Assembly (NCBI GenBank): GCA_964526975.1
Contig: CAZGMU010000006.1
Location: 1,211 to 32,431, forward strand
Direction of reading: 5' to 3'
DNA: 31,221 nt
Source: an uncultured Planctomycetaceae bacterium
GTDB taxonomy: Bacteria > Planctomycetota > Planctomycetia > Pirellulales > Lacipirellulaceae
A program made the position numbers and the translations under genes. Each line of letters opens with the position of its first letter. The stretch's first letter is position 1. Below are positions 1 to 8,547 of the stretch, piece by piece. The notes under the pieces were generated by a model that was not told the origin of the DNA, did no database searches, and saw only the letters and a program-made list of their open reading frames with translations.

Positions 1-1361
1 CCGTAAAACGCGGCGGTGATGCCGCCCGCCGCGAAGACCGACCACAGAAAGTGGGTGCCGTAAATATGGTTCCATTGATAAAGAAACACCAGCGAAACGA
101 ACGAACCAATGCACAGCAAGGTGTAAGTGATTCGCCGGCCCAACCAGTCGCCCGAAAACGCGGCGGCAATCGTGCCCACGATGGCGCCTAGCGCCGTGAA
201 TATTTGCGTATATTCTTTGGCGTAATATGGCCCGCCGTCAGCAGGCAATAGATCGGACAGTGAGATCGCCCATTTGGAAGCCCATTGCAAGGATCCCCAG
301 GTCCCTAGAAGCGCGACACCGGCCAACGAAGCGCCCAACAGCAAGCGTCGGATGCATCGGCTGCGATCCCCTGGATCGAGCACACCGGCGATCTCAGCCC
401 GTTCCAAATATCGACCGACGGGATAGAGGAATCCGACGAGCGCGACGACAAGTCCAACCGCGGAACCTGCGGTGCGAACGAGCTTGGCCCACGCGGGAAG
501 CGTGCTGACCTCAGCGGCCGCTTGCCTGATCGCCCATTCGTCGAACATCGGAGACCACAAAAAAACGACCGCCGCGGCGCCGATCGCACCGATTAAAACA
601 CCCAGCAAGTCACGGGTGGCCCAATGAGACGTGGCGCCTTTGTCGCGCTCCGCTTCCCATTTATGCGACTCGGGAACCAGCATCATGACGAAGAAGACGA
701 GCAGGGCCGGCAGAGCGCCAATGATCATCATCAAGCGCCAGCCATCATGCCGCAAAAGCTGTTCGACCAGCGTTTCGGACAGGCCAATTGCTTGCAGCAT
801 GTTGCCAATAGTCGTGATAAAACTCAAGAGCGACAAACTGATCAGACCGACGAACAAATAGCCGACGTTTGCGGCGGCGCCGATGAGACCGGCCAGAAAT
901 GCGCGCGAACGGTCGGACCACAACTCGATGACCAGCGATACGCCGAGCGCCCACTCGCCGCCCATGCCGAGCGAAGCGATGAATCGCAACACGGCAATGT
1001 GCCAGGCCTCGGTTGCAAAGCCGCACAAACCGGTGAACACGGCATAGGTGAGAATGCTCAATGACATGGCGCGCACGCGGCCGAGGCGATCGCCCATCCA
1101 GCCGAACACGACGCCGCCGGTCGCCGCGCCGATCAGGAACATCGCCATGATGACGGCGAACCAACCGGTCACATTAATGGGAACTTGGGCAGCCGTGCCT
1201 GCTTGCGCCTGCGCTTGCGTCTGGAGCAACTCGCCGAGCGCCTTTGGCCCAACCAGGGGAAACATCCCCATCTCAAAACCATCGAACAACCAACCCAAGA
1301 GCGCGGCCGCCAAGGCCATCCACTTGCCGCGATCGCCGTTTATTGCTGAAGAATTAACCAC
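1..1361 (-). CDS. MFS transporter, partial (3' end runs off the window edge)
   Basis: Manual minus-strand translation gives ...RGKWMALAAALLGWLFDGFEMGMFPLVG (TM1) and ...GTHFLWSVFAAGGITAAFYG at the window edge. It is missing from the ORF track, probably because no stop falls inside the window. The start is uncertain (GTG 1361/1370/1379 or ATG 1319). Confidence 0.85.
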   Translation of the reverse strand, partial: MVNSSAINGDRGKWMALAAALLGWLFDGFEMGMFPLVGPKALGELLQTQAQAQAGTAAQVPINVTGWFAVIMAMFLIGAATGGVVFGWMGDRLGRVRAMSLSILTYAVFTGLCGFATEAWHIAVLRFIASLGMGGEWALGVSLVIELWSDRSRAFLAGLIGAAANVGYLFVGLISLSLLSFITTIGNMLQAIGLSETLVEQLLRHDGWRLMMIIGALPALLVFFVMMLVPESHKWEAERDKGATSHWATRDLLGVLIGAIGAAAVVFLWSPMFDEWAIRQAAAEVSTLPAWAKLVRTAGSAVGLVVALVGFLYPVGRYLERAEIAGVLDPGDRSRCIRRLLLGASLAGVALLGTWGSLQWASKWAISLSDLLPADGGPYYAKEYTQIFTALGAIVGTIAAAFSGDWLGRRITYTLLCIGSFVSLVFLYQWNHIYGTHFLWSVFAAGGITAAFY

Positions 1362-1903
1362 AGAGGACACAGAGTTCACCGAGGAAGAAGAATGCGAATC
1401 GTACGGGTTCAGAATCCATGATGACCCAATTCAATTTTATGCTCAATGATAAATGAGGGCGTCCGGGAATTTCGGGTGGCACGCTACGCCGTTAACCCTT
1501 TCAAAAGAGACTCACGCAGAGGCGCGAAGGCGCAGAGTAATGAATGGAACCACGAAGTACACGAAGATCACGAAGAAGGAAGAGAATGAGCAAGTCTTTT
1601 TTGCAGCCACTTCCAAGATTCTTTGTGTCCTTCGTGTCTTTGTGGTTCCATTCATTCTCCCCACTCTCCCCTGCGTCTCTGCGTGAGATCCTTTTAAAGT
1701 TAACAGCGTAGAGTGGCGCGCCCTGAGTCTTCGAAGGGTATGGAACTGCACAGTTCGGCGAACCACGCCCTTCCCAAAGCGTCAGGGCGTGCCACCCCTA
1801 CGTTTTCATTCCCGGCTGCCTCAATTATAAATGCGTTTCCCTTTCCAGTTTTTCGTCAATTCAAATCGGGGCTCTCTGTGCCCCCTGTGTTGTCTGTAGT
1901 TTA
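1356..1903. repeat. Multi-level nested palindromic repeat cluster
   Basis: Inverted arm pairs at 1356-1383/1872-1902, 1454-1470/1808-1823, 1474-1484/1787-1797, 1485-1496/1699-1710, 1511-1537/1666-1687 and 1542-1575/1621-1653. Confidence 0.8.
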
Positions 1904-1920
1904 ACCTTCTTCCTTACCAA

Positions 1921-4900
1921 TCACTTGCGTGTCGTCAGGTACTCAACGATGTCGAGAAACTCAGAGGGAGCGAGTGTGCTGGCCAAGTTCTCGGGCATGC
2001 TGCTCTGCTTGGTTTCGGCCATTTCATCGATGTCCTTGTTGGCAACCGTCTCTTGTTTACCTCCTGCTAGTAGGAGCGTCACCGAATCGTTCGTCTTGGA
2101 AAGAATAAAACCGACGAGAATTTTGCCGTCGTTCGTAATAATGTTCGTGGTCACATATTTCGCGTCCACTTTCTTACTGGGCTCGATGATCGACTCGACG
2201 ATGTCGTGCCGATTGAGCCGTTTACCGACGTCCGTAAGCTCGGGACCAAACGTATAGCCGGTTTTGCCGATCTTATGGCAACTGGCACAAACCCGGCCGA
2301 AGATGCGGGCGCCATTATCGGCGTTGCCGGAGAGTTTTTCGATATCGGCGTATGCCTTGGCTCGCTGCTTGCCTGAGATATCGGGATTCACAAGCGTTTT
2401 GATCTGGGCTTGTGCCAAGATCGACGGCGCTCGGCGCAGGAAATAACCGTGAATGTACTCGGTCGCCCGTTCATTGCCTGTCGTCAGCGAGCCATCTTCG
2501 AAAGCCGGCTTCCAGACTGGCTCGAGGGCGACAAGCGTGTGTTCGAGCGTGTAATCGATCCACGGATCGCTAGGAAAATCGAGCGAAGTGAGTGCGGCCT
2601 TGGCCGAGACGAGCGTAGGGAAAAAGCTGAGGCCGCGGATAGCTTCGAGGCGAACGCGTGGATTTACATCGCGAGCGCCGGTGGCAAGAAGCTGAACGGC
2701 GTTGGGGATGTAGTCCATTTCGTCGGCCACGAGGTGCATGGCCGCTGCCCGGGCGTTTGGTGTTTTGGATTTCAACACGTCGTTAAGCAAGTTGGGATTA
2801 ACGGCATGATGGCTTTGCAGAGCCCACAGCGCTTCGCAGCGGAGGCGATCGTACTCTGGATCATTTTTGTCAAGGCGGTCAACCCATTTTTTGACTGCCG
2901 CGGCTACCGCCGACCTTGGCCGATCCCGCAACTCGCGACGAGCACGGTAACGAGTGCGCAGCTCATAGGCACGGGTCTGTTCGAGAAGTTCGGTCTCGGT
3001 CTTGTCAAACTGAACAACTGGGTCCAGCAGCTTCTTATCCTTGTAGACCAGCCGATAAATTCTGCCGCGGAGATGGTCGCGGTTGGGATCGCGCTGGGAG
3101 TATTGCATGTGGCCGATGAGGGCGTTGCACCAATCGCCGAACCAAACCGCGCCGTCGGGGCCGACCTGCGGATCGACGGGGCGGAAGTTTTTGTCTTTGC
3201 TGACGAGCAGATCGTCGGGCTCTGGCTGTGCGTCGGGTTTTCCCTCGGGCGCAGGTTTCATCACGCGGCCGCCGACGAAGCCGGATTGCTGATCGTGAAC
3301 GTCGAACCGCGGAATGCCGTTCATATTGATCACGCACCCGTAGATGAACTGTCCCTGGACGTTGTCTGGAAACTGGCGAGTATAAAGAAACTCACTGCCA
3401 ACGCAGGGCCGCATACCCTGATTGTTGAACACGGGGTCGATTCCACGACGACCAGAAACTTCGGCGCCGGAAAGGGGCGAGTCCCAATGTTGTTGCGCAG
3501 TGGTGCCATCGCCGACGAAGCCCTGGCCCCATTGGTCGAACACATAGCACCAGGGGTTGCCATAACCGGGAGTCGAATAATGGCGCATCTTCAAGGTGCG
3601 CGGGTCGAAGATGTAGGCGCCAGAGGCATCGCGGCGGCGGAAGGGGCCCCAAGGGGTCTCGATCGTGGTGCTCATCGAGATGCCTTCGAGCGTGTGGAGC
3701 AGGCCGCCGTTGGAATACTCGCTCTTGCCCATGGCGTGATGAGTGTCGTCGCTGGCCGCGCCGTCCAAGAGATCGACCACGAGATCAGCTTTGTCGTCGC
3801 CGTCGGTATCTTTAATCCAGAGAAGGCGTGGTTGATCGGCAACCAGTACGCCGCCGTTCCAAAATTCGAAGCCGGTCGGACAATGGAGCTTATCGTAGAA
3901 GACAGTACACTTGTCGGCCCGGCCGTCGTGATCGGCATCTTCCAGAATGAGGAGCCGATCATTGGGCCTCGGATTGCCCGGCTTCCATTGAGGGTAGGTG
4001 GGCATGCAACAAACCCACAATCGACCGCGGTTGTCGAAGCTAAGCTGGTCCGGCTTGGCAAGTTCAGGGAACTCGCGCTCGCTGGCAAAGGGTTGCACCT
4101 CGAAGCCGTCTGGCACCTGCATCGACCTGGCCGATTCTTCAGGCGTGAGATATTTCAGCTCGGCCGGTTCGGAATAATGCTGCTGTGGATTGCCGAAACG
4201 CGTAAGTGGAACAATCAGATCGCCAGTTTTATCATCGTTTGGCGGCGAAGGTGATTTCCCTTGGGCAAGATCCCAAATATAGCGATCGCGCACGTCGGTC
4301 ATCGCCCGAATCTTCTTGTATTCGCGTGGGAAGGTTTCTGTATCCCACGTGCGGCGACCGCCGTAAACATACCAGCCGTTGAGCATGCGGTAGTCTTGCT
4401 GGTGAATCCAGGACTTGTCGTTGACGGCCTCGCGAATGGCTTGAAAGGGGCCTTCCAAATTTGCTTTAGAGGAGTTGCCAAACAATGCATCGCACAGCAG
4501 CCGTCCGACTTCGCGATCGCCGGCTTCGTTGAGGTGACAACCGTTGATCGTGTATTGCATGCCCGGCTTGTCGGTGAACAGCAGTTCGGTCGGCGCGAAG
4601 AGATCGACATACGCCAGGCCACGCTCGCGAGCCACCTTTTCGACGACTGCCGCGTGGCGCCGCAGGTCATTATTTCGCTTGCTGGCTTCGGGCCACAATG
4701 GATTATCGGTTGGCTCCCAGGCGATCGGAGAAATCAGAACGAATCGCGGTGGCTTGCCATTGGCTCGCGGGTATTGCTGGGCCATTTCGTCGAGATATTT
4801 GCCATAGGCCGCACGAAACTGATCTTCACCGGCAACACTGGCGAACGACTCATTGAAACCGAAGAAGCAAAGGAAGGTGTCGGCCCCGAAGACCTTCAAC

Positions 4901-5262
4901 GGATCGTCCAGAGTGGTGTAACTATTGGGACGTTGGCGGTTGTCGACCGCGTCGCAAGGCCAGCCGAAGTTGCGGATCACAAGCTCTTCTTGGGGAAACC
5001 GCATATGGAGCATCGACTCGAAGTTGCCGAACAGATTCATCCGTTCGGCGAGTGAGCCACCGACGAACGCGATTCGCTCATGGGGCATGAACCGCAGCGG
5101 GAGCTTGCTGGCAGGCAAGTTGCCTGAAATCGATTTCGCAGGGGACTCGCCTTCGGAAGGCGTTCCCGGTTTGGCAGATGGCGTGGCCGCATAGACAACG
5201 GCCACGGCGAGCAGCAAAACGCAAAGACTAGAAACCAGCTCCGATTTGATCGATTTCATCAT
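1921..5262 (-). CDS. PVC-type heme-binding CxxCH protein (SGNH-like domain, dehydrogenase-like beta-propeller, HEAT repeats, C-terminal cytochrome c)
   Basis: Signal peptide MMKSIKSELVSSLCVLLLAVAVVYA; SGNH-like blocks (IAFVGGSLAE, RNFGWP, CHLN); FASE..PELAKP..FDNRGRLWV propeller; CASCHKIG heme motif followed by GPELTDVG and SSMP. Start set at 5262 (ORF track 5400). Confidence 0.9.
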   Translation of the reverse strand: MMKSIKSELVSSLCVLLLAVAVVYAATPSAKPGTPSEGESPAKSISGNLPASKLPLRFMPHERIAFVGGSLAERMNLFGNFESMLHMRFPQEELVIRNFGWPCDAVDNRQRPNSYTTLDDPLKVFGADTFLCFFGFNESFASVAGEDQFRAAYGKYLDEMAQQYPRANGKPPRFVLISPIAWEPTDNPLWPEASKRNNDLRRHAAVVEKVARERGLAYVDLFAPTELLFTDKPGMQYTINGCHLNEAGDREVGRLLCDALFGNSSKANLEGPFQAIREAVNDKSWIHQQDYRMLNGWYVYGGRRTWDTETFPREYKKIRAMTDVRDRYIWDLAQGKSPSPPNDDKTGDLIVPLTRFGNPQQHYSEPAELKYLTPEESARSMQVPDGFEVQPFASEREFPELAKPDQLSFDNRGRLWVCCMPTYPQWKPGNPRPNDRLLILEDADHDGRADKCTVFYDKLHCPTGFEFWNGGVLVADQPRLLWIKDTDGDDKADLVVDLLDGAASDDTHHAMGKSEYSNGGLLHTLEGISMSTTIETPWGPFRRRDASGAYIFDPRTLKMRHYSTPGYGNPWCYVFDQWGQGFVGDGTTAQQHWDSPLSGAEVSGRRGIDPVFNNQGMRPCVGSEFLYTRQFPDNVQGQFIYGCVINMNGIPRFDVHDQQSGFVGGRVMKPAPEGKPDAQPEPDDLLVSKDKNFRPVDPQVGPDGAVWFGDWCNALIGHMQYSQRDPNRDHLRGRIYRLVYKDKKLLDPVVQFDKTETELLEQTRAYELRTRYRARRELRDRPRSAVAAAVKKWVDRLDKNDPEYDRLRCEALWALQSHHAVNPNLLNDVLKSKTPNARAAAMHLVADEMDYIPNAVQLLATGARDVNPRVRLEAIRGLSFFPTLVSAKAALTSLDFPSDPWIDYTLEHTLVALEPVWKPAFEDGSLTTGNERATEYIHGYFLRRAPSILAQAQIKTLVNPDISGKQRAKAYADIEKLSGNADNGARIFGRVCASCHKIGKTGYTFGPELTDVGKRLNRHDIVESIIEPSKKVDAKYVTTNIITNDGKILVGFILSKTNDSVTLLLAGGKQETVANKDIDEMAETKQSSMPENLASTLAPSEFLDIVEYLTTRK

Positions 5263-5415
5263 ATTCCGCCGATGGATGGTTCGCAAAACACATGCCGTTA
5301 TCTTATCGCGAATCGGAAGAAATGTCTGTAAGCTTTCTAATACCGGTCTTCGGCTTTGGCTGATACTTGACTTGCTGAGTAATCTCACGCGGCGAATCAT
5401 TCGCCTGCAAGTTCA

Positions 5416-5549
5416 ATGAGGGTGTCCGGAAATTCCGGGTGGCACGCCCTGACGCTTTGGGAAGGGCGTGATCCGCCGAATGGTACGCTCCACGCCCTTC
5501 GAAGCCTCAGAGCGTGCCACCCATAAGCTCGAATTCCGGAAACCTTCAG
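5416..5549. repeat. REP doublet (GGGTGGCACGCCCTGA family) inside a TGAGGGTGTCCGGAAATTC outer palindrome
   Basis: gggtggcacgccctgacgctttgggaagggcgtg (5438-5470) is the exact reverse complement of 1764-1797. The outer arm 5417-5435 pairs with 5531-5548. Bases 5416-5447 nearly match 1453-1484. Confidence 0.85.
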
Positions 5550-5594
5550 TTAACTTGAGACATTCTGGGTAAAGCCGAAGTGGATGAAAACCAA

Positions 5595-7028
5595 ATGACA
5601 GTGGAAAACGCCTCAAACAGTAGCGGAAAGGCGACCGATTGCCGCGCAGTGGGAGCGGAACTTTATCTGCTGCCCGTTACGACCCGGATGCCATTGAAAT
5701 TCGGCTCGGAAACATTAACTACGGTGACCTGTGCGCGGGTTAAGTTGAAAATACGCGGTCGCGACGGCCGAACGGCCGATGGGTGGGGCGAGACGCCGCT
5801 TAGCGTGCAATGGTCGTGGCCAGGGGAGTTGAGCTTCGCCGAGCGGCAAAACGCTATGGTCGACTTCTGCGAGCGACTCGCAAATCGTTGGGCGGATGCG
5901 GCGTTGTGGGGGCACCCGCTCGAGGTCGGCTATCGATTTCAACAGGAAATATTGCACGCGATGCTAAGAGAGTTCAACCAAAGTCGCGCGCCCGACTCGC
6001 AAATGCCCTATCTGGCGGCACTCATCTGCTGCTCACCGTTCGACATTGCACTACACGATGCGTTTGGCTGCCTTCACGAAGCGCCAACCTACGACACGTA
6101 TAACTCGCAATATATGTCGCAAGATCTGGCCGGGTTCTATGCCGACGACGATCCAGAGGGCAGCCGCTTTCAGGGAATTTTCCCTGCCAGCTTTTTGCAG
6201 CAAGAAGCACTCACTCGACTGCCTGTTTGGCACTTAGTGGGAGGCCTGGACCCGCTCGATGAAAGCGATGCGAGTGCAAATGATCCCCAAGATAACTATC
6301 CCGTTACACTTAAGGGGTGGATCGATCGCGACGGGCTGAATTGCCTTAAAGTAAAATTGCGCGGCAACGATGCGGCGTGGGACTACGAGCGGCTCGTCCG
6401 TGTCGGCCAAATTGCGGTCTCCGGAGGCGCCGAGTGGCTGTCGGCCGACTTCAATTGCACCGTGACGGACCCGCTGTACGTGAACGAAGTGCTTGATCGA
6501 TTGGCACGAGAGCATACCCAACTGTTCGATATGCTGCTTTATGTCGAGCAGCCGTTTCCGTACGACTTGGAACGGTTCCCGATCGATGTGCGGAGCATTT
6601 CCAGCCGGAAGCCGTTATTCCTAGATGAGAGTGCCCATGACTGGCAACATGTGCGCCGAGGAGCGCAGCTTGGATGGACAGGCGTTGCGCTAAAGACCTG
6701 CAAAACGCAGACCGGGGCGATTCTCTCGCTGTGCTGGGCTCGGGCCCACGGAATGCAGCTCATGGTGCAGGATCTTACCAACCCGATGCTGGCACAGATT
6801 CCGCATGTGTTGCTGGCCGCGCATGCGGACACGATCATGGGCGTGGAATCGAACGCGATGCAGTTTTACCCCGAGGCGTCGTCGTGCGAGGCGCTGGTAC
6901 ATCCGGGTTTGTATGCGCGGCGCGGAGGGATGCTGGATTTGGGAACGATTCGTGGTGCGGGGTTTGGGTATCGGGTGGAAGAGGTAAACCGGCCGCTGCC
7001 ACGACCGGCTATTGTGTGTGGCGAATAA
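5595..7028 (+). CDS. Mandelate racemase/muconate lactonizing enzyme family protein (enolase superfamily)
   Basis: LYLLP..TRMPLKFG N-terminus, KxK catalytic motif (CLKVKLRG), and metal-ligand segments ADFN, EQP, DES. Start at 5580 or 5595. Confidence 0.85.
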   Translation: MTVENASNSSGKATDCRAVGAELYLLPVTTRMPLKFGSETLTTVTCARVKLKIRGRDGRTADGWGETPLSVQWSWPGELSFAERQNAMVDFCERLANRWADAALWGHPLEVGYRFQQEILHAMLREFNQSRAPDSQMPYLAALICCSPFDIALHDAFGCLHEAPTYDTYNSQYMSQDLAGFYADDDPEGSRFQGIFPASFLQQEALTRLPVWHLVGGLDPLDESDASANDPQDNYPVTLKGWIDRDGLNCLKVKLRGNDAAWDYERLVRVGQIAVSGGAEWLSADFNCTVTDPLYVNEVLDRLAREHTQLFDMLLYVEQPFPYDLERFPIDVRSISSRKPLFLDESAHDWQHVRRGAQLGWTGVALKTCKTQTGAILSLCWARAHGMQLMVQDLTNPMLAQIPHVLLAAHADTIMGVESNAMQFYPEASSCEALVHPGLYARRGGMLDLGTIRGAGFGYRVEEVNRPLPRPAIVCGE

Positions 7029-7049
7029 CTGAGTACAGTTCGCTGGGCA

Positions 7050-8507
7050 CTACGCCAAGATTTCTTTGATGACGTGGGCGGGAAGAACGCCGGTCAGCTT
7101 CTGGTCGAGGCCTTGGCTCTTGAACGAGAAGCGCTCATGGTCGAAGCCAAGCTGGTGGAGCACGGTCGCGTGGAAATCACGAACGTGGACCGGGTCTTTG
7201 GTGATGTTGTAGGAGAAATCATCGGTCTCGCCGAGGACCGTGCCTCCCTTGAAGCCGCCGCCCGCCATCCACATCGTGAAGCAGCGCGGATGATGATCGC
7301 GGCCGTAGTTCTGCATCGAGAGACCGCCTTGCGAATAGACCGTGCGGCCGAACTCGCCGCCCCAGACGATCAGCGTGTCGTCGAGCATGCCGCGCTGCTT
7401 GAGGTCTTCGATCAGCGCGTGGCAAGGTTGATCGACGTCTTTGCATTGCATCGGCAAGCGGCCGGCAACATTACCGTGCGTGTCCCAGTTGTTGTGGTAA
7501 ATCTGCACGAAACGAACACCGCGCTCAACCATCCGGCGAGCAAGCAAGGCGGTGTTGGCGAAGGTACCAGGGTTCTTCGCCTCGTCGCTGTAGAGCTTGA
7601 ATGTCGATTCGGGCTCGCTGGCGATATCGGTCAGTTCGGGAACGCTGGCCTGCATGCGGTAGGCGAGTTCGTACTGTTGGATACGCGTTTGGGTTTGGGG
7701 ATCGCCGAGTTGCTGATAATTCAGTTCGTTGAGCGCGTTGAGGCCGTCGATGCTGGCGCGGCGGACATCGCGCGAAACGCCGGGAGGATCGTTTATGTAG
7801 AGGATCGGGTCGCCGGCCGTTCGCAGGCTGACGCCAGCGTGCGTGCCGGGCAGGAAGCCGCTCGACCACAGCCGAGCGGAAATCGCCTGCACTTGCTCGG
7901 TGTTCGAGCTTTTGGCAACCATGACGACGAATGTCGGCAGGTTGTCGTTCAGCGAGCCCAGGCCGTAGGAAGCCCAGGCGCCCAGGCAAGGGCGACCCGT
8001 GATCTGGTTGCCGCTCTGCATGAGCGTGATCGCCGGCTCGTGGTTGATCGCCTCGGTGTGCATGCTGCGGATGAAGACGATGTCGTTGACCGACTTTTTC
8101 AGATAGGGCAACAACTCGCTGATCCACATCCCCGATTGGCCACATTGCTCGAAACGGTACATCGACGGAGCGATCGGGAAGCGAGCCTGGCCGCTGGTCA
8201 TGGTCGTGAGCCGCTGGCCGTTACGGATCGACTCGGGCAGGTCCTTGTCGTACCAGTCGCGCATAACAGGCTTGTAATCGAAAAGGTCCATCTGCGACGG
8301 ACCGCCAACCATGTGCAGATAGATGATCTGCTTAGCCTTGGGCGCGAAATGGGTATGGGGCAGAGGCGGTTCAGCGTCGGCAGCCAAGCTGCTGGCGAAC
8401 GACCTCGCAGAGAGCGAAGCCAACGCGGCGCCACCCAACAAATGAGAACCCGCCGAGAGGAAGAAACGGCGCGATACCTGTTGACGAAATTCTTCGAATG
8501 GGCTCAT
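7050..8507 (-). CDS. DUF1501 domain protein (alkaline phosphatase/sulfatase-like, Tat signal)
   Basis: SRRFFL twin-arginine leader; KAKQIIYLHMVGGPSQMDLFD, HTEAINHEPA, LARRMVERGVRFVQ, GGEFGRT, GRDHHP, VHVRDFHATVLHQLG. Confidence 0.93.
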   Translation of the reverse strand: MSPFEEFRQQVSRRFFLSAGSHLLGGAALASLSARSFASSLAADAEPPLPHTHFAPKAKQIIYLHMVGGPSQMDLFDYKPVMRDWYDKDLPESIRNGQRLTTMTSGQARFPIAPSMYRFEQCGQSGMWISELLPYLKKSVNDIVFIRSMHTEAINHEPAITLMQSGNQITGRPCLGAWASYGLGSLNDNLPTFVVMVAKSSNTEQVQAISARLWSSGFLPGTHAGVSLRTAGDPILYINDPPGVSRDVRRASIDGLNALNELNYQQLGDPQTQTRIQQYELAYRMQASVPELTDIASEPESTFKLYSDEAKNPGTFANTALLARRMVERGVRFVQIYHNNWDTHGNVAGRLPMQCKDVDQPCHALIEDLKQRGMLDDTLIVWGGEFGRTVYSQGGLSMQNYGRDHHPRCFTMWMAGGGFKGGTVLGETDDFSYNITKDPVHVRDFHATVLHQLGFDHERFSFKSQGLDQKLTGVLPAHVIKEILA

Positions 8508-8547
8508 GGCGGGACTCACCATTAAATGGCGAATGGTCTTTTCCAGT

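Noticed and set aside
1542-1653. Possible CRISPR array suggested by short recurring units
   Set aside because: The units are inverted arms without regular unique spacers, and no cas genes are present.
1453-1904. 63-84 aa ORFs here, and similar ones at 19754-20077 and 30777-31106
   Set aside because: They are translations of palindromic repeats with low-complexity T/K/E/F periodicity.
2410-4254. 614-aa plus-strand ORF (also 4261-5055)
   Set aside because: Antisense shadow of the motif-rich heme protein gene; such shadows are common in GC-rich DNA.
7074-8525. 483-aa plus-strand ORF
   Set aside because: Antisense shadow of DUF1501; no motifs of its own.
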